A stretch of 54,778 nucleotides of DNA, the filler included, from Basidiobolus ranarum (Eukaryota): NCBI GenBank assembly GCA_040143965.1. It is 5 parts of 5 records of this genome, joined end to end, with 100 filler letters (N's around TTAATTAATTAA, not from the genome) between each part and the next. Parts side by side here need not be neighbours in the genome. Positions count along the whole stretch, not along the records: positions 32,958 to 43,822 come from JASJQH010007534.1; positions 43,923 to 54,778 come from JASJQH010007535.1; 3 more parts are not named here. One strand, written 5' to 3'. The notes below the pieces were generated by a model. That model had not been told where the DNA came from. It worked only from the letters and a program-made list of their open reading frames with translations, and searched no databases. Position numbers and translations under genes: made by a program. Positions 36,722 to 49,397 of the stretch are shown here, piece by piece (the stretch's first letter is position 1; every line of letters starts with the position of its first letter).

Positions 36722-39369
36722 CTAGTATGGTGAGTTAACGATATCCGATCTGGAGCGAAGTTTTCTGGTAGGTGTTTGAAGAACTCTCACGGGAGATTTC
36801 AGGGTTTTCTTATTCACCATGGTAACATCATGTGGTAATGCCACTACAATATTACGATCCTCACCGAATTTGAAATTGTCTGCGACCACATTATCTGTGT
36901 ATCGCTTAATTTGATAATCATCCAATCTCCCTTGCTTTACAACTTTGCGGAAGTTCCAAGTGATTACGTATGGGCCAGTACTGGTGACAATGGTTCTTTC
37001 ATCCTCGGCTTCGCTGGTATTGAATTTGGCTGGTGTGAAGTTCACAGGTTCATTCATATAAGCAACATGCTCAGGCTTTAATTGAAGACGCTTTGGGATG
37101 GGCTTTTCATTCTTCGGGAAACTCTTCTCGAACCCGTAAGTAGGAGTGCTGGAAGACTTGATCATCGTATCAATCAATAAAAGGTAGGTTTTGCATGTGG
37201 CGACAATGTAACGGCCACTAGCGGTTACGTCGATTCCAATGATTGGGTCACCAAGAGGAGGTAAGGCGGTCTTCGCATTGATTCCAAGTTTGTTGAACAA
37301 ACGGATGTCTCCCTTGTTGCTGGCTACAGCGATCTGTCCGTTTTCAGTGGTCGTTGCGCAACTGAAATCATTTTTAGTGACATATTGTTTGAGTTGCGAA
37401 TCCACCATTTTGTAATTTGGCAGACGTGGGTCCACTCTGTATACAGCATTGTGACTCATACCGACTAGTGTTTTTTGTGGAGTTAATTGGGCAAACTTGG
37501 TATCGGGCATGATATTACTACATTGGATGTATTCGTGGACAGGCCATGTTTCCACCACTTTGCCATACTCCAAGTCCATCTTGTAGAGAGCATGCTCGTC
37601 TTTAGGATCCATCAAAACCATGGAAGAATCCTCTTCATGGAGCATGACTTTTGAAGGGGCAAAAGATTTACCGCTTGGAGTGGAGACGTTATTGATGGTA
37701 GTTGAAAACTCAAGTTGATCGTCATCGGTATGTTTGAAAACTCCGATTTTAGTACCACGTACAACGAAAGATCTATCATGCTTATAGCCAACGGCAAGTT
37801 GACTGTTGGATTCAGCGGTTTTACTAGAGGGAGCAGAAGATTTTACTTCTACCTCTTCTTCCTCCTCCTCTTCTTCTTCATCGTCATCGGATCTGTCGCT
37901 TTCTTGATCCGACTCTGAGAAGGCATCAACCATCTCAATATCTTCTTGGTATGCATCTGTAATGTACCTTTGATCATCACTTTTGACTTTACTGAAATTC
38001 TGTCGGTTTAGAGTCTCGTACATGCATCTACCGAAGGACTCGATGAAAGTTTGTTCCTGTTGTGGATCAGTGAATTTCAGAGACCAAGAATAAACCGAAC
38101 CAGCATCGTCAGTGTAACACCAAATGAAAGAATGATGCTCCTTACTGAACACGGGGTTCATATCGGAACCGATAGGTTGGGCAATATAAGGTCTGCCATC
38201 TCCCTCAACGCTAAGCCAATCTATACACGTATCAAACGTTAGCATTGAATCCAACCAAAAGTACTATAAAGGAACCACTTACATTCATACTGGTTAACTT
38301 CGATGATTTTGGCGTTTGCTTCAGATGTTTCCAACAGAAAAGTATTGTGGTTAATACTAAACAGATATAATTCTCCTGTAACCAAGGCGACGTCGTCCCC
38401 CTCAGGGGCCGAGGCATGAGCAGGTGGTTTTGCCTGGTTCACGCTACGTACTGGAGTAGACGGAGCTGGGGATTCTTTTTGCACAACAACTGGTGGTGGG
38501 GGTAATTGAGCACTTTCATATACTTCAGGACTGAAATAAGTACAGAAACAATGTTAATCAAAAAAGTTAATAAACACAGTACCAAACCTTACAGTTTAGC
38601 ATTTTTCAATCATATTAAATTTTACTTACTCAAAAATGAATTCTTTGAAATCTTCGTCTTTGGCTTCAGTATGAGATTTTCTATATTTGCGTTCGTACAT
38701 ACATTCAAATACTGTTAATTGGAAAGTCTCCAGTCTATCCGGATCAGTATTCTCTTCGGCAACAAACTCAAAGAATTGATCTTCCTATAAAAAGCAACAG
38801 AAACCAGGTTAGTTTAATATTCAAACAAACTGAGCACGAAACATATATGTAGTAAGGGAGGTTTGAATTATCGTATAAAAATGAAGCTTACGTTGTCCAG
38901 ATCTGACCATATAAAAGAAGGTGAACCCTCATATTCTGCATGGTAAAAATGCAAATCTTGATCTAAAAGGAAGCTATACTCTTCCTCATCTATAAGTACG
39001 TAATAGTGTTACTCAAAATAAATTCAACAAGGACAATCCATGCTTTTAGAAGAAGGCTTACTTAAGTTGTCTTCTTCAAGTTCTTCTTCGCCTTCATCAT
39101 AAACTCGAGAAACTACCAACTGATACTGAAACTCGGTTCCAGTACGTCTAATGACAGCTTGTGAGTCTTTGAAGCTAAAAGTGAAGGAAAAAGTTAGTGC
39201 GTGTCAAAAAAACGTGACGAAAGAATAGAGTGGATATTTACATGCACTCTCGACTATTTTTATGAGAATCAGGTCGAAGTAAATAAAACTGTCCAGTTGG
39301 AAGGGTGAATAAGTCAGCACCATTTGGACTGTCCCAAATGTACTTGCTAAATGAATTAAATAGGAACAT
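36722..39369 (-). CDS. VID27: Vacuolar import and degradation protein 27
   Basis: N-terminal LPTGQFYLLRP..REC, NSQLAVGYKHDRSFVVRG, AKTALPPLGDPIIGIDVT and PKRLQLKPEH. Several short 5' exons. Confidence 0.93.
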
Positions 39370-41122
39370 TATAGAGTGGATATGAATAAACGGTGACTAT
39401 TCACTAAAGATAAACACTGTATTCAGAAAAATGAGTTATTTACTTGGTGAGTTTTCATTAAACATTTCTAGTTACTACTCAAGTCAGTCACTGTCACATG
39501 ATACGTTGTTCATAACAAACTCATGGATGACATCAAAACAAAATCGTTTCTAAATAAGTCCATCAAAATTATCAATTCCCATAATTATGATAGAAGTTGA
39601 TATTTATTTGTGATTCAGCAGCACATTCAATGCATGCTAAGCATAAATACAACCCGCAATTTTTCAGTGAATGCACTATAGAAGAGATTCCAAAAAATTA
39701 AGTAAATACGCGAAATCTCAGGTGAAATATCTCTAAATCAGTTTGAAATTAACATTTCCATACATATACACACGTAGCATCAATCATAGAGGGTAAGTGT
39801 CTTGTCTCTCTTCACTATTTAAATGAGCCGTTCCATTAAACGTTCTTTGTCCTTGTTTTCTAGATACATATTAATCAATGAAGTTCCATTATCAAACATA
39901 ATATGAGGCACAAGATATTTGCTAGTAATAGAATCACATGGAGTATTTTACTTATCACTGTTACTCCACCTTTAAGTGAGACTGTCAGGTACATGATAAA
40001 GAAAGCTCATATCACGCAATAATAGGTCATACGACTCTAGATATACCCATACATACGTGTGTAATAATCAGAAGTGCGCTATATCACATAACTGACTGTG
40101 TCATTCTTGTTGGCCTCAGTATATGAGCCTGAGAGTTGAGACTAGAAAAGAATAAAGTATTTCGAGTTTTAAACTTGAGAAGTGCGGTGTACTTGAGAAA
40201 AGGTTCAAATAAGTCGTTTTCAAAAGCGATTTTGAAGTGCTTCAATCATGTAGCCCAATATTCAGTTTAGAACAGTCTAAGGGTCATGTGTGAAGGGTTA
40301 TTTTATATGCAATACTATAAGATTCTCTTTATTCCTCTCTGTTACTTCAGGTGAACAGAGTGCTTTCCTGTTGAATCCAAAAACTCTAAACAATCTACTG
40401 CCGAGTGATTTTACCGCTGCCCTGCTCTATTATTCTAACATCTGCAATACCACGGGCAGAAGCTTGTCGATGTCTGGTGAATGATCAATCGCTTTTTCTA
40501 CAACGGCCAGTTCCCCTTCTGAATGGTAAGCGGATGAAGCTACTTTAGTGTCCAAATAATGGCCTATGCATAAGAGAAAACAAAGGTTTAAACCTACCTT
40601 AAAGGCTAAAGAAGTGTCAAGATAAATACATGGGTAACAATGAGAATAACGCCCCTTGATACGCTTAATGCTAACCCCTCTACTTTTGGTCTAAGCCGGA
40701 TTATTGAGCACAGCCTAGACTAAACAAGTAAATTCAAGTTCACAAACTCTAAAACAATGGCGTTTCACGAGATAATATTACTGATAGGTTTTGTTTAATG
40801 TAATTAGATTATACCTGTACAGTAGAAGTACAAAAAGTAGGTCAGAAAAATGGAATCAAATGTAACAAATAGGATAGATAGGGTACAATCCAACAGGACA
40901 CCCAAGGTTAATCGACAAAAATGGTGTCTAGTTCGGAAATAGAAGAGATCTAAAGATCTTTGTCGAAAACGAAGTGAACCAAAATCACTGCTAAAAATAG
41001 CCTTCCAGCAAAATTATCATACAAATGCGGGAGTCAAGCCCCGGCGATTAAAGGCATTAAGTAGATATTAACAGGTTGAGAAAAGGGAGATGTTAGAAAA
41101 TACAATAGACAACCGACATGGT

Positions 41123-41683
41123 TTAAATTAAGTACAGCTCGGATTTATGCTCCTCCAAGAATAACCGGATCTCCTGATCATTAACCCAGACCCTATAGTC
41201 TAGTAACTTCAGGAATTCCTCCTCCATTCTGCTAACCTCGGTTGGATTAAACACACCAGAAGCAGTCGCCATAGCCTTATTACTCAGTCCTTCGGATCCA
41301 TAGAGGTATTTTGACGCGACCAGGATACTAGCTAAGAATAGCCTGTGTGACGTACCGTATTCTCCCTGGGCCCTGGCAGGAAGTCTCGCTTTTAATCGAT
41401 ACAGATAAATCAGCGCGATAATCCCAGTAAAAACACTGATCCGTGAACGCTCAGCTACTCGGGTCACAAATAATAAAAGCTCTGGCATCTGTGTCTGGCG
41501 GAGGGGTCTTTGCTTGCAGTTCAAAATTCCGCACAAGAACTCAGTTGTAAAATCTAAATAATACCGATATCATTAGAGATCGGCTTGACGAGTAAATACA
41601 GCCTATCTCAACTTACTTATGAGTGGGTCAGGTAGAGGCTTGTAGTCGGAGACTTGCTGAGTGGAAAGAACGGTACAGGACAT
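41123..41683 (-). CDS. Pho85-type (Pcl1/2-like) cyclin
   Basis: Cyclin box ALIYLYRLK..HRLFLASILVASKY..EVSRMEEEFLKLLDY. Exon 41683-41617 splices in frame through intron 41616-41554. Confidence 0.85.
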
Positions 41684-43822
41684 GATATATCAGCAAAGTA
41701 TAAGATCTCGAAGAAGGGGGATATATACCAAGTAGAATCAAACGGAATGTACAAAAGGTTAGTATTCCAAGAGAAAAAGGCCTTCTTCAAGGTCCTCTGG
41801 ACGTGAATGGGTTTTTTGAGTTGAGACAAGAAGCAATGGCCAGCATTATATAGGAGGATAGATCCAGTCACGAGGTCCAGTCCACTCTACCGCCCGCGCT
41901 TTTTTTTCTTGTTTTCATTTTAATAATAAAGTACCAACGGGTAGCAATATAGGTAGCAATACAGGCAGCATTCTATCGATATTGCGATCTGCTGACCAAT
42001 TATAGTTTAAGGATTAGAAATCGGGGAGTGGTCTAAATTTCCTTTCCGCCTTGAATTCGTATTTTATTTGAATTAATCACGTACTATATATATCTCACCA
42101 AGGATTCTAGAGTGGGACAGGTTTCTATTTGGAAGTGGAATTTTAGTTTGATTCGTGACCTTCATTCAGTTGATTCGTGACATGGCGATTGGAAGTGAGA
42201 TTTCGGGATTGGGGATTCGGACTATAGATGAATTACATACTGGAGGGTAAGCTAAATAAGATGCGTGGTAAGTATAAGGTAAGTAAAGTGTATGCAGTAC
42301 CAGACTATCTTGCTGATCTCAGTTCAATTTACGCACTTTCTTCCGACTCTCGAACATGCTTTGAAAGAAACATCAAGTTTGGCATGAAGCCTATATTAAT
42401 CAGCATATCAACTCAGAGGAAGCCTATATTAATCAACAAATCAACCCCCTATGATAGGCTGAATATTATATATATTGATAATCCTATATCTGGCCACTCT
42501 AGAACCTCCCCTGGATTTACCCAAGCACTTTGCGATCCTTGCGATCTGTGCGATTACTCGAGCTTTATGGTTGGAGTGGTTATGCTGATCAACAAGTATT
42601 GATCCAAATTCTATCGAAACTGGCCATTTACCTTCACAATTGTCAGCAGTAAATCTCACCAATGCCTCGCAGCCTGAGTAGACTAAATATATTGTTATAT
42701 ATACCTAGCCCCTAACCCTAACACTATCTTTGATTGTACCGGGTTTTGAACATGAGTGCACCTCCTACCTAGCCTCCCTTGGCATAGTCTAAGTCTAAAA
42801 ATAGATCACAATGTCTTCGTAGTAAGGAGAGAACTGCAACTACAGCCAATAAAGTGTACTATGTTTTAAAGAAGGATGCTATTTTAGTGGGCCTAAGTCG
42901 GCTATTAAACTCATTAGATACTCTAATCCTAACCCTTGACCGTAGACGATTGTTAAGTAAAAAGGAGCAGTGTGATTATGTGTTTGGAAAATGAAGTTAC
43001 TATTGATCATTTCTGTTGTGCATGGATCCGCAAAAGCACTTTAAATGAACGGAGCTGTGTCTCTGAACAATGTAACAATTCCTTGATTTTCAAGACCTGC
43101 ATCGGATTCTCAGGAATGTTCTGGAATATTGTATGCCACTTGAGTTGATTCCATGATACCCGGAATTCCAACTCGTTGGAGAATTCTACAACATCTTGAT
43201 CAATCACTGTGTCAGCTGAGTATAGTGGGTGCTTGATGCTGTGCTCCTATTTCAATTCTATTTTTACATCTTTTGTGAAGGCTAAAATGGAAGGCTACAA
43301 TAGAAGGCTATATTTATTGACAGATTTGTGAGTGAAGACTTGGTGAGAACTATAATTGATAATCCTTTTGTACTCAACTTTAAACGAAGGATCTTAGCCC
43401 TAACCCTAGCCTCTACGCTCTTACTATGGTTATGTCAAATGTATGGTTTCCTTAATAGATTTATTAGGAGTACAAAGGCTACCTAAGGGTCAGTCGATGA
43501 AAATTAGGTATCACGTCGGGTGACATCTACGGTACGGGTGATGTATCCAGAAGCTAGCCCTGCACCATATAAGGCCTTAATCCCCCCTTATCTAGTAAAA
43601 TTAAACTAATGCGTATATTCTAATGGTAGATTTTCTCAAACATTGGACACCCGGAAATTAGCTAGAGACAGTTACTACGATTGCTATGATAAAAATATAT
43701 ATGTCGTATTGAAAGTTACATGCTATAATAGACATACATATTTAAAGTTACATGTGTTTTTTCATTGAAATAAGCAATAGTGAAGTTGAATTAATTTGTG
43801 GACGTATATGTGACACAGCATT

Positions 43823-43922
43823 NNNNNNNNNNNNNNNNNNNNNNNNNNNNNNNNNNNNNNNNNNNNTTAATTAATTAANNNNNNNNNNNNNNNNNNNNNN
43901 NNNNNNNNNNNNNNNNNNNNNN
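43823..43922. other. Artificial contig spacer
   Basis: N44-TTAATTAATTAA-N44. Confidence 0.98.
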
Positions 43923-45427
43923 TCCATTGGGGTGGAGTCTAGACTCGTGACAAGAACATATGACCTTGAACAGGACGATCGCAAATTTGTACGGTAATAC
44001 GCGCATCGTTCTCATCAAATGGTGATCCAGCAGCAACGGATGAATCCCATCCAACCTTACCACCAAATGCTTTGATAACAAATTCTAAGGAGTATTTGGG
44101 GACCTCACGGGAGAGGAAAATCACTTGGTTGGAGAACAATGATTGCAAAGCAGAAAGTGCATTGGAAGCAGCCTTAACATCGTTTAAGCTGAAGACCTTT
44201 CCTTCTTGGTTCAATTCTTGAGGGAATTCATCAATGGTATCCTCTTCCTTGGCAACTTCAACGCGAGATTCGGAGGCAGAATTGTCCTTAATATTAGCGA
44301 TTTTTTGGGCTAAGGAACCAAGTCTCTTCTCGGATTTCTTTACGGACTGTAGTAAATATGTAGACGTTAGTTTTGTCAATCAATCCAAATAACTCAATGA
44401 TCGGGTTACTCACCTCTTGTACAGGCTTTTGAACTTCTTCTTGTGGTTCAGGAGTAATTTCCATGTTCACAGCGCTGGCAGATTCCAAAACATAAGCATC
44501 CAAACCAGCACCACCATCTTCCTTAGATTTATCAAACTTGGGGGGATATACGAGATTCTCATCGGTGTACAATTTATAGTTAACGAAACCGATCAATGTT
44601 TGATAGAACTCCAAGAAACTGTTCATAACTCGGAAATCGACATCGGTAGGAACATCTTGACTGAATTGATAAGGAACCAACCAGGAGATAGTTTGTCCCT
44701 TAATTTCGCATTGGTAATAGATACCCTTAATCGACAAAAAGACCTTTCTCAAGCTACTGGTTTGCATAACGTAATGCTGAAATTCGGCACTAAGTCTACG
44801 ACATTCCTTTACACTTTCGCGTTGAACCTTATCGGTAGCAGGAGAGTTAGCGAATAAGAAAATCATACACAAAGCATCATCCAAATCTCTAAGAGCATCG
44901 GTGAAAGAAGGATATCTGATGGACAAAAAGAAGTAGGAGTGAATACACGAAATGAAAAATCCATGAGTATCTTTAAAGAACTTACCTTTCTTTGACAATA
45001 TGATCCAAAGTATACACTGGCTTGTTCTCTTGTAAGTTCTTAACAACACTGGTTTGTCCTTTACCAAGAGCCTTACCAAGCTTACGAACGAAAATCTTAT
45101 GATCTCTGAATTTCTGAATCAATGGTTCATGTAAAAGGTATTGGATATCCTTGGTATAGTAGAAGGTGGCAGGAGCAGTGGAACCTTTGTTGGCCTTCTT
45201 CTTGTTCTTGGGTTCTCTGGGATAAATACCTTTGAGAATACACAAGCGTCTATAGTGAAGTGGAAATGGAAAAGTGTTTAGTTGGAGTTTTGTTAGTTCG
45301 TCAAGAAGGTAGTAGCCAATCTATACCTAAAATCAGCAAGAGTAACTTGAAGCTTCTTGATAGCTTGGTTTCTAGTTATGTAGTTAACGGCAGCCCCGGA
45401 CTTTCCCTTTTGCTTAATCTTGGCCAT
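43923..45427 (-). CDS. NOP7: Pescadillo/Nop7 ribosome biogenesis factor, 3'-partial
   Basis: [43 protein letters not shown] and BRCT FLSREVP..QICDRP. Confidence 0.95.
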
Positions 45428-45937
45428 TTTGTACCTTGCTTATAAAATTCGAAGGTGGTAAGCGGTGATACTGATAGTAGTATCTAAAGTTGGAACAGCT
45501 TTCTTCACTCCCAAATAAGATAAACCGAAGAAAAAAAAATATTAACCTCACAAAGAAAATTATTCATAATCCAATCAAAGGTGACTGGTAAAAAAAAAAT
45601 ATTGAGCTACTGTGATAACAAGTTGAATGCAAAAAATTCCCAACTCGTTAGTTACGAAAAGGATTTTTTTCTTATGCTGGGTTCGGGAATTCGATTATTT
45701 CCATTCCATATTATCTTGACCCTGCTCGCTTGAAAGGCTTGATTTCATATATTTATTGATAGAATAATTCTGCCATAGATGCATACAACCAAGTGGGGTT
45801 TTGATTGAATATTGTTTGAGTTAATTAAATCACGGTGAATGCTTTCTAGAACAAACAGGATTTAGCTGATACTTAGAATGCTAATATGAATAGTGGCGAA
45901 GAGGTGGGTATTCAATACAAGTTTGGAGCGAAGGTCT

Positions 45938-48902
45938 TCACTTCATTTCGTTTCCACTGACCTCCCCACCTTTTAGTGATCCAGGAATATTAAGAAGCAT
46001 TCTCATATGTTCAAGTTCGCGCCTCAATGCATCGTTTTCCTTCCTCAGTATATCATTTTCCCGAACAACTGAGTGGACATGTAGATCCAGATTGGAAAGT
46101 GTAGTCACCAAATCGGTAGTGGGCCTAAAAGTTCAAAGTTAGTAAACGCCAGGGTTGATGCAAGAGTGTACATAGATATGACCTTTGTGCAAGGTTGGGA
46201 GGTGTATAGTTTCCTTTTCCTATTAAGCTGATATTACTCCAGATCTCTCCCATCATTATACGCTGTGCTTCATTCTGACGGCACATCGTTTCGATTTGGT
46301 GGTGCAAATTCTCTACCAACATATGGTCCATACGAAGGCCTTGGTCTCGATTGAGTGAGGCATTTGGTGAAGAGATATTGGATGAGGCATTTACAACATT
46401 CGTAGAGGGATATCCTCCTTCTTGTGGGACTTGATAAAACCAAAATTAGCAAGAAGTCTATTAAAATGAATTGGCGCCGGTGCTGGTAATCGGTACTTAC
46501 CAACAGGGGATGGTAGTTCGCTATTGATTCCAGACTGTGATGCTGTTCTGCTCCCAGAGGAAAGTTCGAATCTACCTCTTCTACTGGAAGTGGAACAAAA
46601 TGGCTCTGAAGGTGGGATTGTAGAAAGAGGCGAATCAACTGTGAATCTGCTAGCTCGGGTAACTGATGATTCTCGAGACAGGTTACTTGGGGTACTATCG
46701 TGCGAGTCAGCTCGGATCATTGGTTGAGGTACAGTACTAGGCGATGAGTTGACTTCAAATCTACTTTTTTTCTGCTCTAAGTTTTCAAAGACATTGATGT
46801 TAGTATGCTTGTGAACACAGAGATCAAAACACATCAAATGATTGGTTACCTTTCTTTAATTCCACGGCATTAGAAGGATCCGTTATCACACCAAGGCCAA
46901 ATTTGACATTGGTCTGTTCTGGCTTCGTAACGACTTCGCTAGAGGGGACAGGAAGTGGTGGTGGCAAAGCCTCTTGAATAGGTGTCTCACTTCCGGTATC
47001 TATAACAAATCTACTTTTCTTGGCGGCTGAGACTGGTGGATTACCTGGTTGACTTGATACAGAATTCACAAGAGGACTAGGCTGTGAGGGCACATTACTT
47101 GAAGTTTGGTTAGTAGACTGAGGCATTTGGAAGTCATCTTCAGTAACCGAGGGGGTTAAGTTTGGTTGGGGTGGTGTCGTCTCGTCTATCTCCTCTCCTG
47201 GTGCAATAATTGTCACTCTTGGTTTCCGCTCAGTTGCATTGTTGTTGAGGTTTTCGTCAAAAGTGGTAGGATCTCTATCCGAGAAATCCCAAGATACGAC
47301 CTGGGGAGGGACTACTTGTTTTGTGCTAAGCTCTATTTAGCGCAATTGGGTTAGATAACTATATTTGATAATGACATCTCCATCAACATGCATTACTTTT
47401 GCGTTGGCGATTCTCCAGAGGTGGTAAGTTATTAAGAATGGCAGTCAAAAGGTAGTTCTTCTTTTTAGCTTGCTTGAAGAATGAGTGTTGCAGGAGTTTT
47501 TCGGCAGTGGGTCTATTTGTTTTTGGTTTAGTTGAAAATTAGTTGGATCACTTAATGCAAATGCGTACCTTTTCTTTGGGTCTTTCTGAAGGCAAAGGTC
47601 AATCATCTCCTTGAATCCCTTGGAATATCTATGTTTCGTACTATCTCTATCGAGGGTAGGAGGATCATTCGAAAGTGTCATCATCAAGACCTAGAGTATC
47701 TTGACATTAGTAAAAATGTGTATGGATTTGAGTTTTAGAGCAGCCTACTTTAATTGGCGGAAATTTGGCTAGAGGGGCATGACCAGTGGCAAGCTCGATG
47801 GCTGTGATACCAAAAGACCATATGTCAGCTTTGTAATCATATCCAGCCTGCATTATCATGTAGTTTAGTATGAATTTGGATATGGATATTGTTAATCAAT
47901 GTACAACTTGTTCCATCACTTCAGGTGCCATCCAACATGGAGTTCCAACAAATGTTTTACGCATTCCTTTACGCTCACCACCTTCAGAAAGTGAAGAACT
48001 GACACCAAAATCTGCTAGAAGAACAGATCCGGTGTCATCAACGAGCAAATTACCAGCTTTAACATCACTTATATTGAGTATTAGTAAAGAACCAGATTGA
48101 ATCAACAAAGAACTTAAAAGGTTCACTAACCGGTGAATATGTCCATTTTTATGAAGATATTCTAATCCTTGTAAAGTTTGCTTGAGAATAGTGGCAATAG
48201 ATGCCTCATCAAATCCATCCTGATATGCGTTTTTCATTATGTCAAGACAAGAGCCTATACTCAAATGGTTAGCTTTAAGAAAACCGAATAGATATCGAAG
48301 GCTAATAAGAAATACCTCCAGACAAGTATGGTGTAACTAAATATAATTTGGAACCATGGACAAAAGAGCCATACACTCGTAAAACATTGGGATGCTTGCA
48401 AAGCGACATCACTTGTGTTTCTCTCTAAACACAAATATAAATAAATTCTATTAGATAAAGAAAATACTCCAATTGAAATCCAAGGTAAAATGGAAAAAAT
48501 GCATAAACTACTAGGATTGTCAAGAGATGAATACTAACTCTGAGTTCGTCGATTTGATTCCGCTCGAAGAAGTCAAGATCAATCATTTTCATGGCAACCT
48601 TTCTTTGTAAGGGCTTATAGATAGCCATGTGCACAACAGCTGAAGAACCAAAACCTAAAATCAATAACAAAGAGTCAGAGTCAGGATACAGAATACTCGA
48701 TGCAGGAGATCTAACCTATTGGGGATAAGATTTCGTAATCGTTGATGTTGTTTGAATACACCATGTCCCCATATTGGCCAAGAGATGTAGTGCTTGATGT
48801 TGAGAATGCTCTCGTGACTTTCGAATCAGCAGAGATGTTTGAGCGTTCCGAGGTTGATTGTGATTTTCGATGACCAAGTCCATTATATTGTTCTGAATCC
48901 AT
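45938..48902 (-). CDS. STE20-family kinase, OSR1/SPAK (Fray)-like, multi-exon
   Basis: [39 protein letters not shown] and ELATGHAP, with a C-terminal coiled coil. Confidence 0.9.
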
Positions 48903-49397
48903 TGTGTATTGGTCAACTGTGTGGAGAGCTTATCTGCGCAAGTCTAATATATTTGGAAATAAAGCGAAGTTCAAAGGATAGGCAGTAACACCTGTTACCA
49001 ACCGAAGTATTCTGTCGTAAAACCACAAGCGGAGTAAAAGTGTTTGCTTATTGTCTGCACAATCTACCTTATTTAGTTGAATGACGATTCTCCATTCAAG
49101 CCTCAGTGATATTCATAGTCTTCCAAAGCGAAATGATCAGAAAGTTTATGTATATTAAACCGCTTTCTCAAACCACCATCCATTTAAACTTGTTTGTGAT
49201 GATGTCATAAAAACACGAAAATTAACAATACTTAGACGCTATCAAGATGTAGTTATCAATATATAGATCGGTTTATTATTAATCTTATTACGGTTCAGGA
49301 CTATACATCGATCAATCTCAGGTGACCTGAAAATATTTGGGAGGATTTGAACAAAAGCTTTCGTTGTGTTGGATACAAAAATATTACACTAAACTGT

